A stretch of DNA of 64,000 bases, from NCBI GenBank assembly GCA_964479945.1, contig CAYZNS010000006.1, positions 1,107-65,106 of the forward strand, given 5' to 3'. The translations under genes and the position numbers were made by a program. Positions within the stretch are counted from its first letter, which is position 1, and each line of letters opens with the position of its first letter. Below, piece after piece: positions 10,266 to 19,828 of the stretch. Origin of the DNA: an uncultured Candidatus Saccharibacteria bacterium (lineage in GTDB: Bacteria; Patescibacteriota; Minisyncoccia; Ryanbacterales; 2-02-FULL-48-12). The notes below the pieces were generated by a model. It was not told the origin of the DNA. It saw nothing but the letters and a program-made list of their open reading frames with translations, and searched no databases.

Positions 10266-11246
10266 CTATACCATGGATAGCGAGCTTTCCTGCAACCCAA
10301 CTGAAAGCATATTCTTAAAATCATCCCTGGTAATACGCGTAGGAGATATATCTTTCGGGTTAATACCGCCATTCTGAAGAGAATTCGTCGCGGGGTCATA
10401 ATACCATTCCGGTACTATGTGCAATCTCCCGGAACTCATAAGCTCATATTCGTTTACCTCCGCCCGCACGCCTGCCCGCGTCATCTCTTCCGCGCGCACA
10501 AGCGCCGCCAACGCCTTTAAGCTGATGCGCTTCGCCGGGCGCGTTAAAATATTCACGTGACCGGACGGCAACCACTGCGCTACCACGTCGTACTTGCCGC
10601 CGTTTTGCGACCGCAAATAACCGGCCATGCTTGCGTTATTCGACTCAAGCATTACAACGCGCAATTTCTTTTTTTGTTGGCGTATTTCAAGTTCATCTAC
10701 TTTTCCCGTGCGCATAAGATCCTTAAATTCCCGCGGCAATTCCTCCGTACGGCGCACTTCCTCCTTATAGTGCGCCACTAACAACGGTATTATCACATCC
10801 ACGACTCGCGCGGGTTCCTTTGCAAGCACTTTATTCACATTCGCCACAAGCGCCGAGAGGCCAAACGCGCGATCAAGCGGATCGCTTGATATTGTCCCTT
10901 TTCCATAAAAATCATCTCTGCGCACGTATTCCAACAGCTTCGCCAACGCGGGATTACCAGAAACGCCAAGATACGATGAAACCAGGTCTGATGCCGTTGT
11001 TTTTTCTTTTACCGCATGATGATCAAATCGCCCGCCGCCAATGTCAATCAACACGACCCCCTCCGCATCAAGGCGTACTTCCGTAGCCCCGAGCGGCAGC
11101 GACTGCATTACTTCAATGCGTGCGTCTTTGATACACGGAAACCGTTCTCCGCCAAATTTTTTCAATATGAAAATGGCCGCAAGAGTATCCGGTTGGGGAC
11201 GTGTGGGTAAAATAATTCTATTGTAGAAAACTTGTTCTTTTTGCAT
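10266..11246 (-). CDS. hypothetical protein with degenerate DHH-phosphoesterase-like motifs
   Basis: TRPQPD (cf. DHH motif I RPDPD) and DIGGGRFDHH (DHH motif III). Weak assignment. Confidence 0.35.
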   Translation of the reverse strand: MQKEQVFYNRIILPTRPQPDTLAAIFILKKFGGERFPCIKDARIEVMQSLPLGATEVRLDAEGVVLIDIGGGRFDHHAVKEKTTASDLVSSYLGVSGNPALAKLLEYVRRDDFYGKGTISSDPLDRAFGLSALVANVNKVLAKEPARVVDVIIPLLVAHYKEEVRRTEELPREFKDLMRTGKVDELEIRQQKKKLRVVMLESNNASMAGYLRSQNGGKYDVVAQWLPSGHVNILTRPAKRISLKALAALVRAEEMTRAGVRAEVNEYELMSSGRLHIVPEWYYDPATNSLQNGGINPKDISPTRITRDDFKNMLSVGLQESSLSMV

Positions 11247-11303
11247 AAAAAAAACGAGCCCTTCTCCTCAAAGTATAAAGAAGAAGGGCTGTCAAAATCT
11301 ATC

Positions 11304-12359
11304 CTACCATCTGCGATTTTTGGAAATCGGAGGAAATTTCACCACCATATCTTTCAACTCAAACAAGGAAAAACTTGTGGGTGTTGTCTTACTATAGTTT
11401 CTCCCTCCATTCAATAACATCCCCTGATTCAGGGCATAATACCACTGACCGGGTTCCTGTGCACAAAGATGTTGTGCCAACTCTCGCAAGTCAGCCCCAT
11501 TAGTCAACACGGCGGAATGTCCCGTTGTTTTGCGAACAACGAGCACATCCCCTATTGAACGTGCTACCAATTTCACCAGCTGGTCACGATCGGTTTCCAA
11601 AATACGAACAATCAAACCGTTCCTCCCCAAAAATTGGTTCACGCCGGTTTGCCATTTAATGTTACGCGCATATTCTTCCATCCTTCCCTGTTCTTCTTTT
11701 ATGCGCTTCCATCCGGCAATCCACCACCCCGCCTTTTCGCAAATATCCTCAACTGCATACCCAAGCCGCCACATACCCCGCGCGTATGCGGCCGGCGTAA
11801 ACGGCGCCATTGAGCATTTTTTCACTTGCTCCAATAGAGCCGCGAGCCGCTCTTCACCTGCCATAGTGGCATCTTTCCGCTCAAATTCTTCCAATTCCTG
11901 CTCGGAAAGATACACTTCCACTACGTGCACCGCACGCGCAAACACTTCCGCGTCATCATACTGCGGCAGCTCATAAAGCTCCCGAAGTACCAAGGGAATT
12001 GCCATGTGCGGCTGTTTCAAGTGGCCGGTAGCATTATTCTTGTTGAGCAAGAACACAAACCTTTGTTCAGCCACATTGAGGCGCAGATAAAGCTGTGTAA
12101 CAACAGCCTCTGCAGCAGAACCAAACTGCTCTGATCGGTTGTATTTCTCGGGCCCTATGTCTATGGGAAGAATATTCTCTTCCCTCCAATGCGCCAACTG
12201 AGCAATTGTGCAGTCTGGTATCGGATCAAACCGGACATTTTCTATTGGCTCTGCCCGGCGGCGCTCCACAAGAGCTACGGCGCCGATCTTATCAATCGGC
12301 GGCTTATCGGGAACGATTACCGCAACCCAACGGCTGACATCCTCCAGATTATCCATCAC
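11304..12359 (-). CDS. hypothetical protein
   Basis: Long ORF, no recognisable motifs. Confidence 0.45.
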   Translation of the reverse strand: MMDNLEDVSRWVAVIVPDKPPIDKIGAVALVERRRAEPIENVRFDPIPDCTIAQLAHWREENILPIDIGPEKYNRSEQFGSAAEAVVTQLYLRLNVAEQRFVFLLNKNNATGHLKQPHMAIPLVLRELYELPQYDDAEVFARAVHVVEVYLSEQELEEFERKDATMAGEERLAALLEQVKKCSMAPFTPAAYARGMWRLGYAVEDICEKAGWWIAGWKRIKEEQGRMEEYARNIKWQTGVNQFLGRNGLIVRILETDRDQLVKLVARSIGDVLVVRKTTGHSAVLTNGADLRELAQHLCAQEPGQWYYALNQGMLLNGGRNYSKTTPTSFSLFELKDMVVKFPPISKNRRW

Positions 12360-12438
12360 ACACCTCCTTTTTGGTACTCAAAGATTTGCGGTGATTATAT
12401 AGCAAGATACGCGACTTGTCAATACCACTCTTCCCATT

Positions 12439-12519
12439 CCGGATGTGCCAAGCCAAGCTACCCACAATTCCGTCTATACACGGAATGTGTGAAGCTCGGC
12501 TAGTCACAATCCTGGCGCC
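12439..12519. repeat. Hairpin repeat family A copy (GGATGTGCCRAGCCRAGCT-loop-AGCTCGGCTAGTCACAATCCTGGCGC)
   Basis: Shares both arms with copies at 17395, 34932 (inverted), 53057 and the 23983-24298 composite. Confidence 0.7.
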
Positions 12520-13328
12520 TTGCCGTTTTTGTAGCTGTTCTCTTTGTTTCCATTATTGCCGAAAAACGCAATGAGCGCGTTGAGCAGTTCTTGAGATAAT
12601 GCGGTCACCTTCTCGGCCGCTATGCCATCCCGCGGATCCACCCCGGGGCAATACGGAAATACAATGCCTCCGCGCCATCCGTTTTGCTGGTCGCGAATCC
12701 GCGGCAATACCGTTTTGGTATCTATGAAACAAAATACCCCTCCGTGCCGCGGCGCAAGAACGCACCATTGGTCAACGCCGAGAGAATCAATATAACCTGT
12801 CCCGTTCTCGTACATAGCGTACCAGCCATACTTCACGACATCGCCGCGTAAGAAAAGAAGATGAAGCAAATATGTTACGAAGGCTTCTATGCGCTCCGAT
12901 AAGGCTATACGCTGCGCAACAAGAATTACAGATTTTACTTCCTCGCAAACGCTTGGCACTATAGGCAACTCAGATTCAAATCGGGTGATTTCTGTCTGCA
13001 AAAACAAACGCTTCTCTATTTTCGTTTTCTCCCAACGCCAACAATGGACTATCTTTTTTATATCCTCCGAATCATGCGGTGGCCACGGCCAGCACGGCAG
13101 TTCGATCCAATATCCTATTCCATCAAGCATTTCGGCAGTATCTGCGTTCATAAGCCAGTCCTCCAGAAAGAAATTTTTCAAAATCCAGGTTCCGTTGCTA
13201 CCATACAATACCTGTGGATAACAGACAAGTATTATTATGTAACATTTGGTATTATAGAAAGCGTATCGTCGCGCAAAAATGCGAATCCGAAAATTCCGGC
13301 ACGGCAATTCATAATAATAACAAAACAC
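12504..13328 (-). CDS. hypothetical protein (start probably internal)
   Basis: ORF only; the 3' end runs into repeat A. Confidence 0.35.
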   Translation of the reverse strand: MFCYYYELPCRNFRIRIFARRYAFYNTKCYIIILVCYPQVLYGSNGTWILKNFFLEDWLMNADTAEMLDGIGYWIELPCWPWPPHDSEDIKKIVHCWRWEKTKIEKRLFLQTEITRFESELPIVPSVCEEVKSVILVAQRIALSERIEAFVTYLLHLLFLRGDVVKYGWYAMYENGTGYIDSLGVDQWCVLAPRHGGVFCFIDTKTVLPRIRDQQNGWRGGIVFPYCPGVDPRDGIAAEKVTALSQELLNALIAFFGNNGNKENSYKNGKAPGL

Positions 13329-13398
13329 AAATTCCGAAACAAGAATAGAAAATCTATATTCGGGATTCTGGTTTGGTAATTGATGATTTTCTTACACA

Positions 13399-16300
13399 AT
13401 GCCCCGAAAGAAAAAAATTGTCTCCGATGCCAGCGACGCGCTGGAAATTCTGCGCGAAGCGTTTTCTCCGTACCATACAAAAAAATACGGAATGCCGCGC
13501 TTTGCGGAGCTGGGAAAGAAACCGCGCATACGACTCGTTGCCGCTAAGGAAAATGGATATGCAGGAGAAAAGGATCCCTATCTTGAAAATCCGGCTTCGG
13601 GGGCTGAAGAAAACAACAACACTCCCCCTGCGTCGGAACCGAAAGCAACTCTTGAACCATTAATCCGCAACGTGCAAGAAGGAACATTAAAACCGGAACA
13701 ACAGAAGAAAACCGTGGATAAAAAGCCATCGGGCGGCGCTTTATCGCTGGAAGATCTGAAAAAATACAACGAGATGCGGCTGGAACGGATGGAGGCCATT
13801 CCAAAACCGCCGCCGCAACCCTCTCCCGAAGAATTAAAAACAAAAATAGAAGTCGCCGCGCGCGGACGGGCAGAAATGCAACCCCCGGCTCAAGAAGCGA
13901 AGATACTATGGGAAAAAACACAGGAAGAACCGCAAAAGCAATCAGTTGAACAGTCATCCGCGCCCGTTCAACCGGACCGGCTTAAGATTATAGAAGAACA
14001 AGACGGCAGCTTTAGCCTGGAAGACGAGGAAGGCAATCTTAGAGCGGGCAGCCTTTCCAAAGCAGACGCGGAAAAGTATTCTGATCCCGATAAGATACAA
14101 GAATTGTACGACAAAACATATCTTGAAGAAGACATTGAGCGGGATATCGCGCAGCTGCACCGCCGGGCGCCGCGAGAGCAGACAACGCAAGACATGGTTG
14201 GAAAAGAACTTCTCAAGCGTTCCGGCATAAAAGACCTTACCGCCAAAGGCAAAGGGTTTCGCGTTGACATAGACAATAAACTCTACCAGCACATAGCTTC
14301 TGAAGAGGAAGCAAAACGGGTAGCGGATGTTATCAAATCGGGAAAAATGCCGGATCTGATAAAAGGAGAAGACGGCCCGTATCGTCTGCGAAATGACGAA
14401 TCTGCCGCGGAAAAAGAACGAGTGGCTGCTTTACATAAAAAAGCAGAAGATCTCCATGCGCAAAAATCCAAACTCTCGCCGGAAGATCAGAAGCGACTTT
14501 ATGACCTGACGGCCAAAATAAACGCGCAATTTGAAACGCAAAGTCAGGAAGGCCGAGTTCCTGCTACGGAAGCAACACCAATTCCTCCTGATGCTGATAA
14601 ACAAGCATTGGAAGTATTGCAAGAGATAGTATCGGAAGAGTCTCGTAAAAAACCGGAGCCGCCTATGGTGAGCCATAAAGAAACGCCGGTGAAAGTTGAA
14701 GCTGCCACGGGCGGACAAGCGGAAATAAAGGCCCCGGAAATGCCGCAAGCAGTTCCTGATCTTGGCACGCCATCGCTGGAGGAGGTGGAGAAACAGCTTT
14801 CCGAAAGCATGAAAACAAAAGTTGGCGCGCCGGAAAAAGCCGTGCCCACCGGCAGGCAGGCGCCGGAGCCGCCGCTGGCAGAGATCCCGAAACCGGAACT
14901 CAAAAAATCGGAGGCGGCAAAAGCGAAGGAGGCGAAGAATTTAAAACCGGAAGGCATCCGCTTGAGCGATTTGCCGCCGGAAGAACAGGAAAAGGCAAAA
15001 GTAGAAGCGGCAAAAGTTTCGTTTGAAGAAAAAACAAAATTACTGCTCAAAGAAATTGATTCGCCCGGCGGATGGTCAAGGGAAAAAGGGCAGGAAGTTT
15101 TAGCGCGGCAACTGGCACGAGAAAAAGGATACAGCGCCGAGGCAATTCAAAAGAGTATTGACGAACTGCGTTCGCGAGAGAAAGATATAAGCCACCGCGA
15201 ACGCCGCATGGTAGGACGGCTCGGGCTTGCCAAAAAACTCATTGAAGAAGAACTTGGCGCGACAACAAAAACGGAGGAAAAGAAAGAAGAAACCAAGCGC
15301 AGGCCTTACACAATAAATGAAACCGGCGACATTGAGCTTGAGAAAAGCGAGTACGCCGAAGTGAAAGAAACCGCCGTCGGCAAAGCATTTTCTGAAAAGT
15401 TCGGCATCACGGCGGAAGAATTGGCGCGCATGGAAGGTTTCCGCGATCTTTCAGACGGCCAGCAACTGCTTGTATTGCGCAACCTTGATCAGCTTACACG
15501 CGGGCGCATTGAAGAAGAAGCGGCTACCATTTACAAGGAAGGTACGCAACACAGTAAATTCCTGGGCAGAATATTCCGCGGCGTTACGGAAGGAATAACC
15601 GGAAAAGAATATAAAACACTTGCCGCCAAAAAACAAACGGAAGAAGCGATACGGACCGGCGGCATTGCCCTGCACGGCGCACACCTTGCATGGCTTACCA
15701 AAATGGCGAAAAATACTCCGGTAGAAGTAAAAGAAGATGGATCTCTGGAAATTAATTATATATATCCCGATACTTTTGGACCCGATGGCATACAAGTGGC
15801 AAAGGCATATAACACCGCTGCAACAAAATTTTCTACGATACCGCTTGCGTGGTCATGGGACACCGCAACAAATAAACAACAAAAAGAATTCGTAAAACTT
15901 GAAAAGCAATATCAAGAAGCGCGTGAAGCACTGGAGACATTGTTCGCTAAAGATTCCAATATAAAAGCGGCATCTCTTTTTGTGCACAATCTGGACAATG
16001 CCGTAAAAATGAATCAACTCCTCAACGCAAACCCGGAACTGGAAACTGCACTTCAACAAGTAGATTCAAAACGCACGTGGAAAGAATTTGCAAAAGGTGT
16101 TGGTAAATCACTTAGTGAAAAAGGTGCGTTTGCCGGAGCGGGTTACGTTACCCGATACGCCACCATAAGCTTGTTCGGACTAGCCGCCGCACCAGCCGCA
16201 GCTGGTGTAATAAAAGGCATCCGATCAACAATGAAAGGAGCGGAAAATTTCCGCGAGGAGAAAAAATTGCGCAGGAACAGCACTGCCCGAAAAGAAAAGG

Positions 16301-17388
16301 CGGGAATGGATAAGGAACTACTCGGTAAAAAAGATTTCGTTGACGCTGAAAATCTTAACGGAAGAATTGAGTTCCTTCTGGAAAAGATCAATACAGACCA
16401 TGTGCCAACCCGCCATGACCGCCATGTAGAACATCTGGACAAATTACTGCAATACACGCACGCAAAATTAAAAGATGGTTACATAAATTTCGGCACCAAA
16501 GACAAAAATCTGCAAAACCAATTTGAACTTCTTACAAACTTGAGTAAAGCCCAAGGATACCTTTTCATGCACCTCAATAATACAGGAGCTCAAGACAAGC
16601 AAGACAAGATGGTTGCAAAGGCTTTGGAACTTCACAAACGAAGAGTTTCCGGGGAAAAGAGAAAATATTTGGCGGTACAGTTTGGCAAAGGGGCTCTCAT
16701 AGGCGCATCATTCGCCGCAGGCGGTTGGATTACGCGCCATCTCATGGAAGAGAATGGTTTCTTCTCAAAAGCAGCAGAAGCTGCAAAGGATACCGCCGCG
16801 CCGCCCGAAAACCTGCCGCTAAAGCCGGAGATAGAACCAACACCCGTACTGCCAGCGGAAAAAGCGGCGAAAGCCCCCGCCTGGCAGCCGCTGGAAAAAC
16901 AAACGCCGCAATGGGAACCGTTGGATAATGCAGACGCGGGAACGGGCAGAAAAGGGCTGCCGGCATGGGAACCAGCGGAGAAAGCTTCGGACGCAATTTC
17001 CGCTGCGGAAAAAACAATGACGCTTTCCATTGCGGCGCGAGGGCCGGAGGGTACGCTTATTGATGAGCTTCAAAATAATGCAAAACTGGCAAAAGAATAC
17101 GGGTGGGATGGAACATCTGATATAAAAACATGGGCAGGCGGCGAAGCACACCGTATGTGGCTGGAACATGCGCATAAGGCCGTGAAAAATCCCGATGTAC
17201 TTAACCAAATGAAAAAACTTGGATATCTGAAAGGCCTTTCAAAAACACAAATGGAAGATGAAGATATTGTACTCGGCCGTTACAAAGAGATGATGCTTCG
17301 CATCAAAAAAGGGTCAACTCTTTCATTTGATCCTGCAAAAAAATTACTGGATTTTTCGAAAGTACTATTTTCAAAGGCGCCTAGATAA
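13399..17388 (+). CDS. very large (1329 aa) K/E/A-rich low-complexity, probably coiled-coil hypothetical protein
   Basis: Uninterrupted 4-kb ORF with strongly biased composition. A PRKKK start is followed by long charged repeats. Confidence 0.6.
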   Translation: MPRKKKIVSDASDALEILREAFSPYHTKKYGMPRFAELGKKPRIRLVAAKENGYAGEKDPYLENPASGAEENNNTPPASEPKATLEPLIRNVQEGTLKPEQQKKTVDKKPSGGALSLEDLKKYNEMRLERMEAIPKPPPQPSPEELKTKIEVAARGRAEMQPPAQEAKILWEKTQEEPQKQSVEQSSAPVQPDRLKIIEEQDGSFSLEDEEGNLRAGSLSKADAEKYSDPDKIQELYDKTYLEEDIERDIAQLHRRAPREQTTQDMVGKELLKRSGIKDLTAKGKGFRVDIDNKLYQHIASEEEAKRVADVIKSGKMPDLIKGEDGPYRLRNDESAAEKERVAALHKKAEDLHAQKSKLSPEDQKRLYDLTAKINAQFETQSQEGRVPATEATPIPPDADKQALEVLQEIVSEESRKKPEPPMVSHKETPVKVEAATGGQAEIKAPEMPQAVPDLGTPSLEEVEKQLSESMKTKVGAPEKAVPTGRQAPEPPLAEIPKPELKKSEAAKAKEAKNLKPEGIRLSDLPPEEQEKAKVEAAKVSFEEKTKLLLKEIDSPGGWSREKGQEVLARQLAREKGYSAEAIQKSIDELRSREKDISHRERRMVGRLGLAKKLIEEELGATTKTEEKKEETKRRPYTINETGDIELEKSEYAEVKETAVGKAFSEKFGITAEELARMEGFRDLSDGQQLLVLRNLDQLTRGRIEEEAATIYKEGTQHSKFLGRIFRGVTEGITGKEYKTLAAKKQTEEAIRTGGIALHGAHLAWLTKMAKNTPVEVKEDGSLEINYIYPDTFGPDGIQVAKAYNTAATKFSTIPLAWSWDTATNKQQKEFVKLEKQYQEAREALETLFAKDSNIKAASLFVHNLDNAVKMNQLLNANPELETALQQVDSKRTWKEFAKGVGKSLSEKGAFAGAGYVTRYATISLFGLAAAPAAAGVIKGIRSTMKGAENFREEKKLRRNSTARKEKAGMDKELLGKKDFVDAENLNGRIEFLLEKINTDHVPTRHDRHVEHLDKLLQYTHAKLKDGYINFGTKDKNLQNQFELLTNLSKAQGYLFMHLNNTGAQDKQDKMVAKALELHKRRVSGEKRKYLAVQFGKGALIGASFAAGGWITRHLMEENGFFSKAAEAAKDTAAPPENLPLKPEIEPTPVLPAEKAAKAPAWQPLEKQTPQWEPLDNADAGTGRKGLPAWEPAEKASDAISAAEKTMTLSIAARGPEGTLIDELQNNAKLAKEYGWDGTSDIKTWAGGEAHRMWLEHAHKAVKNPDVLNQMKKLGYLKGLSKTQMEDEDIVLGRYKEMMLRIKKGSTLSFDPAKKLLDFSKVLFSKAPR

Positions 17389-17394
17389 CATTTT

Positions 17395-17466
17395 CCGGAC
17401 GTGCCGAGCCGAGCTATCTCCCGGTACAACCGTGGATAGAGCTCGGCTAGTCACAATCCTGGCGCT
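17395..17466. repeat. Hairpin repeat family A copy
   Basis: ggacgtgccgagccgagctatctcccggtacaaccgtggatagagctcggctagtcacaatcctggcgc. Confidence 0.7.
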
Positions 17467-17516
17467 TGCTTGAATTTTAAACGTTCTTCGTTACACGTTT
17501 TACGTTCTACGAACTT

Positions 17517-18629
17517 ATGCCCTCAAAAAAAGAAATAGAACTAACACTGGAAGAGACGGAAACTGCGCTCGCTTCCGCGGCCGCGGCAGAAGCTGACCGT
17601 CTGGACGAACAGTCGTACTGGCTGGACCAGGCGCTGCGCAGCGAAGTGCCCAACAGCGTATTGGAACGCGCCTATGCGCTGCACAAGGAAACGAACGGCA
17701 TGCGCGGTTTGGCGCCCGAAGTTTTTAGCAGCGTGCCCTTTCCTTTGGAAAAGGGAGGTAGGGAGGAATTTGTTGATTCAAATAAAAAAACAGTTCCAGA
17801 AACTGCCAAAACCGGAGAGACGCTCTGGGGCATTCTCTACCGCGAATTTGCAAGCGGCAAGAATCTGGATGATCCGCATGTTGCCGACATATTCAACCAC
17901 CTGCCACCTGCCGCGCAGTGTCATTTTGTGGATGCCACTGAAGACTATATTCGCACGCGCGCTGCTGAAGAGAAACGCACAATGCACAAAACAATTTCCT
18001 TGAGCGCCCCTGAAGTTGACGCGATAAAAGACGGAGACGCGCTTAATCTGGATTCCGTATTGAAAAATGAGGAGCTGCTGCTGCACTTGGTGGATAAAGC
18101 AAAAGAAATTGCAGTTATTATGGAAGGAGTGATACAGGAACATAGCAAAAAAACAGCCGAGTGGATGCGGTACCATCAAGCGGAACCGCACACCGAAGCA
18201 AAGCTGGAAGAAATACTCTACGGCCCGGAAGCGGCAAAGACATTCGCCGAGCCGCCCGCGGACGAGATATTCAAGCTTATGCAAAAAGTAAAAAGCGGCT
18301 CTCCCGTAGGACCGCACGAAGAGAAAGCGGTTGCGGAGACATTAGCGCTCTACGAACGCAAAATCCGCGATCGTTTTACCATGACAACCAGTGAATATAT
18401 CCGTATACGAAGCCTGCCCGTACACACCCTGCTCGAAGCCGTGCCGCCCGATAAAAAACAACTCGCGTTTATTACGCAAAACGCCGTGCGGCCAGAGCTA
18501 TTGAATGTGCCGGATGCGGAATTCAGCAAGCGCGTGCGCATAGCGCAACTCATCCGCGCGTACTCATTCAGCAAGGAGCTCCGCACTATAACCATACGCC
18601 AGTTCTTCCGCGGGATTGTGGAGAATTAG
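17517..18629 (+). CDS. hypothetical protein
   Basis: ORF only. Confidence 0.45.
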   Translation: MPSKKEIELTLEETETALASAAAAEADRLDEQSYWLDQALRSEVPNSVLERAYALHKETNGMRGLAPEVFSSVPFPLEKGGREEFVDSNKKTVPETAKTGETLWGILYREFASGKNLDDPHVADIFNHLPPAAQCHFVDATEDYIRTRAAEEKRTMHKTISLSAPEVDAIKDGDALNLDSVLKNEELLLHLVDKAKEIAVIMEGVIQEHSKKTAEWMRYHQAEPHTEAKLEEILYGPEAAKTFAEPPADEIFKLMQKVKSGSPVGPHEEKAVAETLALYERKIRDRFTMTTSEYIRIRSLPVHTLLEAVPPDKKQLAFITQNAVRPELLNVPDAEFSKRVRIAQLIRAYSFSKELRTITIRQFFRGIVEN

Positions 18630-19737
18630 AGGGCACGCTATAGTATGCTCCATGCAGCGTGAGCATATTTTTGCAAATGCTCTCAACCATATACCGGAGC
18701 TTGGACCGCGCCGTCTGGCGGACCTTTATGCGCGGTTTGCCTCTTTTGAGCGCATGTGGCACGCCGCGTTATCCGATCTTGGTTTGGCTCTCCATAATGA
18801 TGCGCTCGCGCGCGCTGTCGCCGAGAAGCGCCGCGCTATCAATCCCGAACGGGAGTATGAGCGTGCCAGATCCCGCAACATAACAATCATACTGAAAACT
18901 GATCCTGCTTATCCTTCCCACCTGCGAGATCTGCCGGATTCCCCCGCTCTCTTATACATAGAAGGCGCGTTGCAGGCATTTACTCTCCCCGCGCTTGCCG
19001 TTGTTGGTACGCGTTCCCCGACACCTTACGGCCGCGAAGCGTGCCGCGCGCTGGTAGGCCCCGTAGCGGCCGCAGGCATTCCCATTATTTCCGGACTTGC
19101 TGTAGGCATTGACGCAGAAGCGCATAAAACAGCTCTTACGGAAAGTGGATATACGATAGGAGTTTTGGGATCTGGCATAGCGCGCGACGCTCTGTATCCA
19201 ACCCAAAACAAACGCCTCGCCGATGAAATAATCGCGCATGGGGGCGCACTTATTTCGGAATACCCGCCGTTTTTTAAAGCGGCAACATGGACATTTCCCA
19301 TGCGAAACCGTATTATCGCGGGGTTGAGCGCTGCCGTGCTTGTGGTAGAAGCAAAAGAAAAAAGCGGTACGCGCATTACCGCAAATTATGCTGCCGAATA
19401 CGGTCGCGACGTGCTTGCCGTACCAGGCGCTATCTTTTCCGCCAACTCATGGACGCCCCATAGCTTGATCCGGGATGGCGCGGCGGCGGTTACATCAGCC
19501 CATGAAGTGTTCGATGCTCTTGGGTTGCAGCGCCCTACCGTTGCAAGCGCCGTTGCCAATGTATCGCCGGATGAGCAGACAATTCTTGCTCTATTAGAAC
19601 ATGAACCGCGGTCAGCAAACGATTTGGCGCGCGGCTGCGCGATTGGCATCGGCGCCATACAACATATTCTCGCGCATTTTGAAATACGTGGTATGGTACG
19701 GAATATGGGAAACGGAGTGTACAGAAAAGTATCATGA
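18616..19737 (+). CDS. dprA: DNA-processing protein DprA (Smf)
   Basis: LAVVGTRSPTPYGREA...GLAVGIDAEAHKTAL...MRNRIIAGLS is Rossmann-like DprA signature. The dprA-topA order is conserved in many bacteria. Confidence 0.8.
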   Translation: MWRIRGHAIVCSMQREHIFANALNHIPELGPRRLADLYARFASFERMWHAALSDLGLALHNDALARAVAEKRRAINPEREYERARSRNITIILKTDPAYPSHLRDLPDSPALLYIEGALQAFTLPALAVVGTRSPTPYGREACRALVGPVAAAGIPIISGLAVGIDAEAHKTALTESGYTIGVLGSGIARDALYPTQNKRLADEIIAHGGALISEYPPFFKAATWTFPMRNRIIAGLSAAVLVVEAKEKSGTRITANYAAEYGRDVLAVPGAIFSANSWTPHSLIRDGAAAVTSAHEVFDALGLQRPTVASAVANVSPDEQTILALLEHEPRSANDLARGCAIGIGAIQHILAHFEIRGMVRNMGNGVYRKVS

Positions 19738-19740
19738 AAA

Positions 19741-19800
19741 CATTAAAACACAAGAACATAAAAACACTTCTGCTTTAACATTTTTGTGTTTTAATGTTTT
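19741..19800. promoter_or_regulatory. Inverted repeat CATTAAAACACAA / TTGTGTTTTAATG between dprA and topA
   Basis: Seen directly. Candidate terminator or leader hairpin. Confidence 0.3.
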
Positions 19801-19828
19801 CATGTTGTAGTGCTTTAATGAATTACCA

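Noticed and set aside
14544-17208. Multiple minus-strand ORFs (168, 132, 129 aa) inside the 1329-aa gene
   Set aside because: Ser/Ala/Gly-rich antisense translations of a biased-composition gene.
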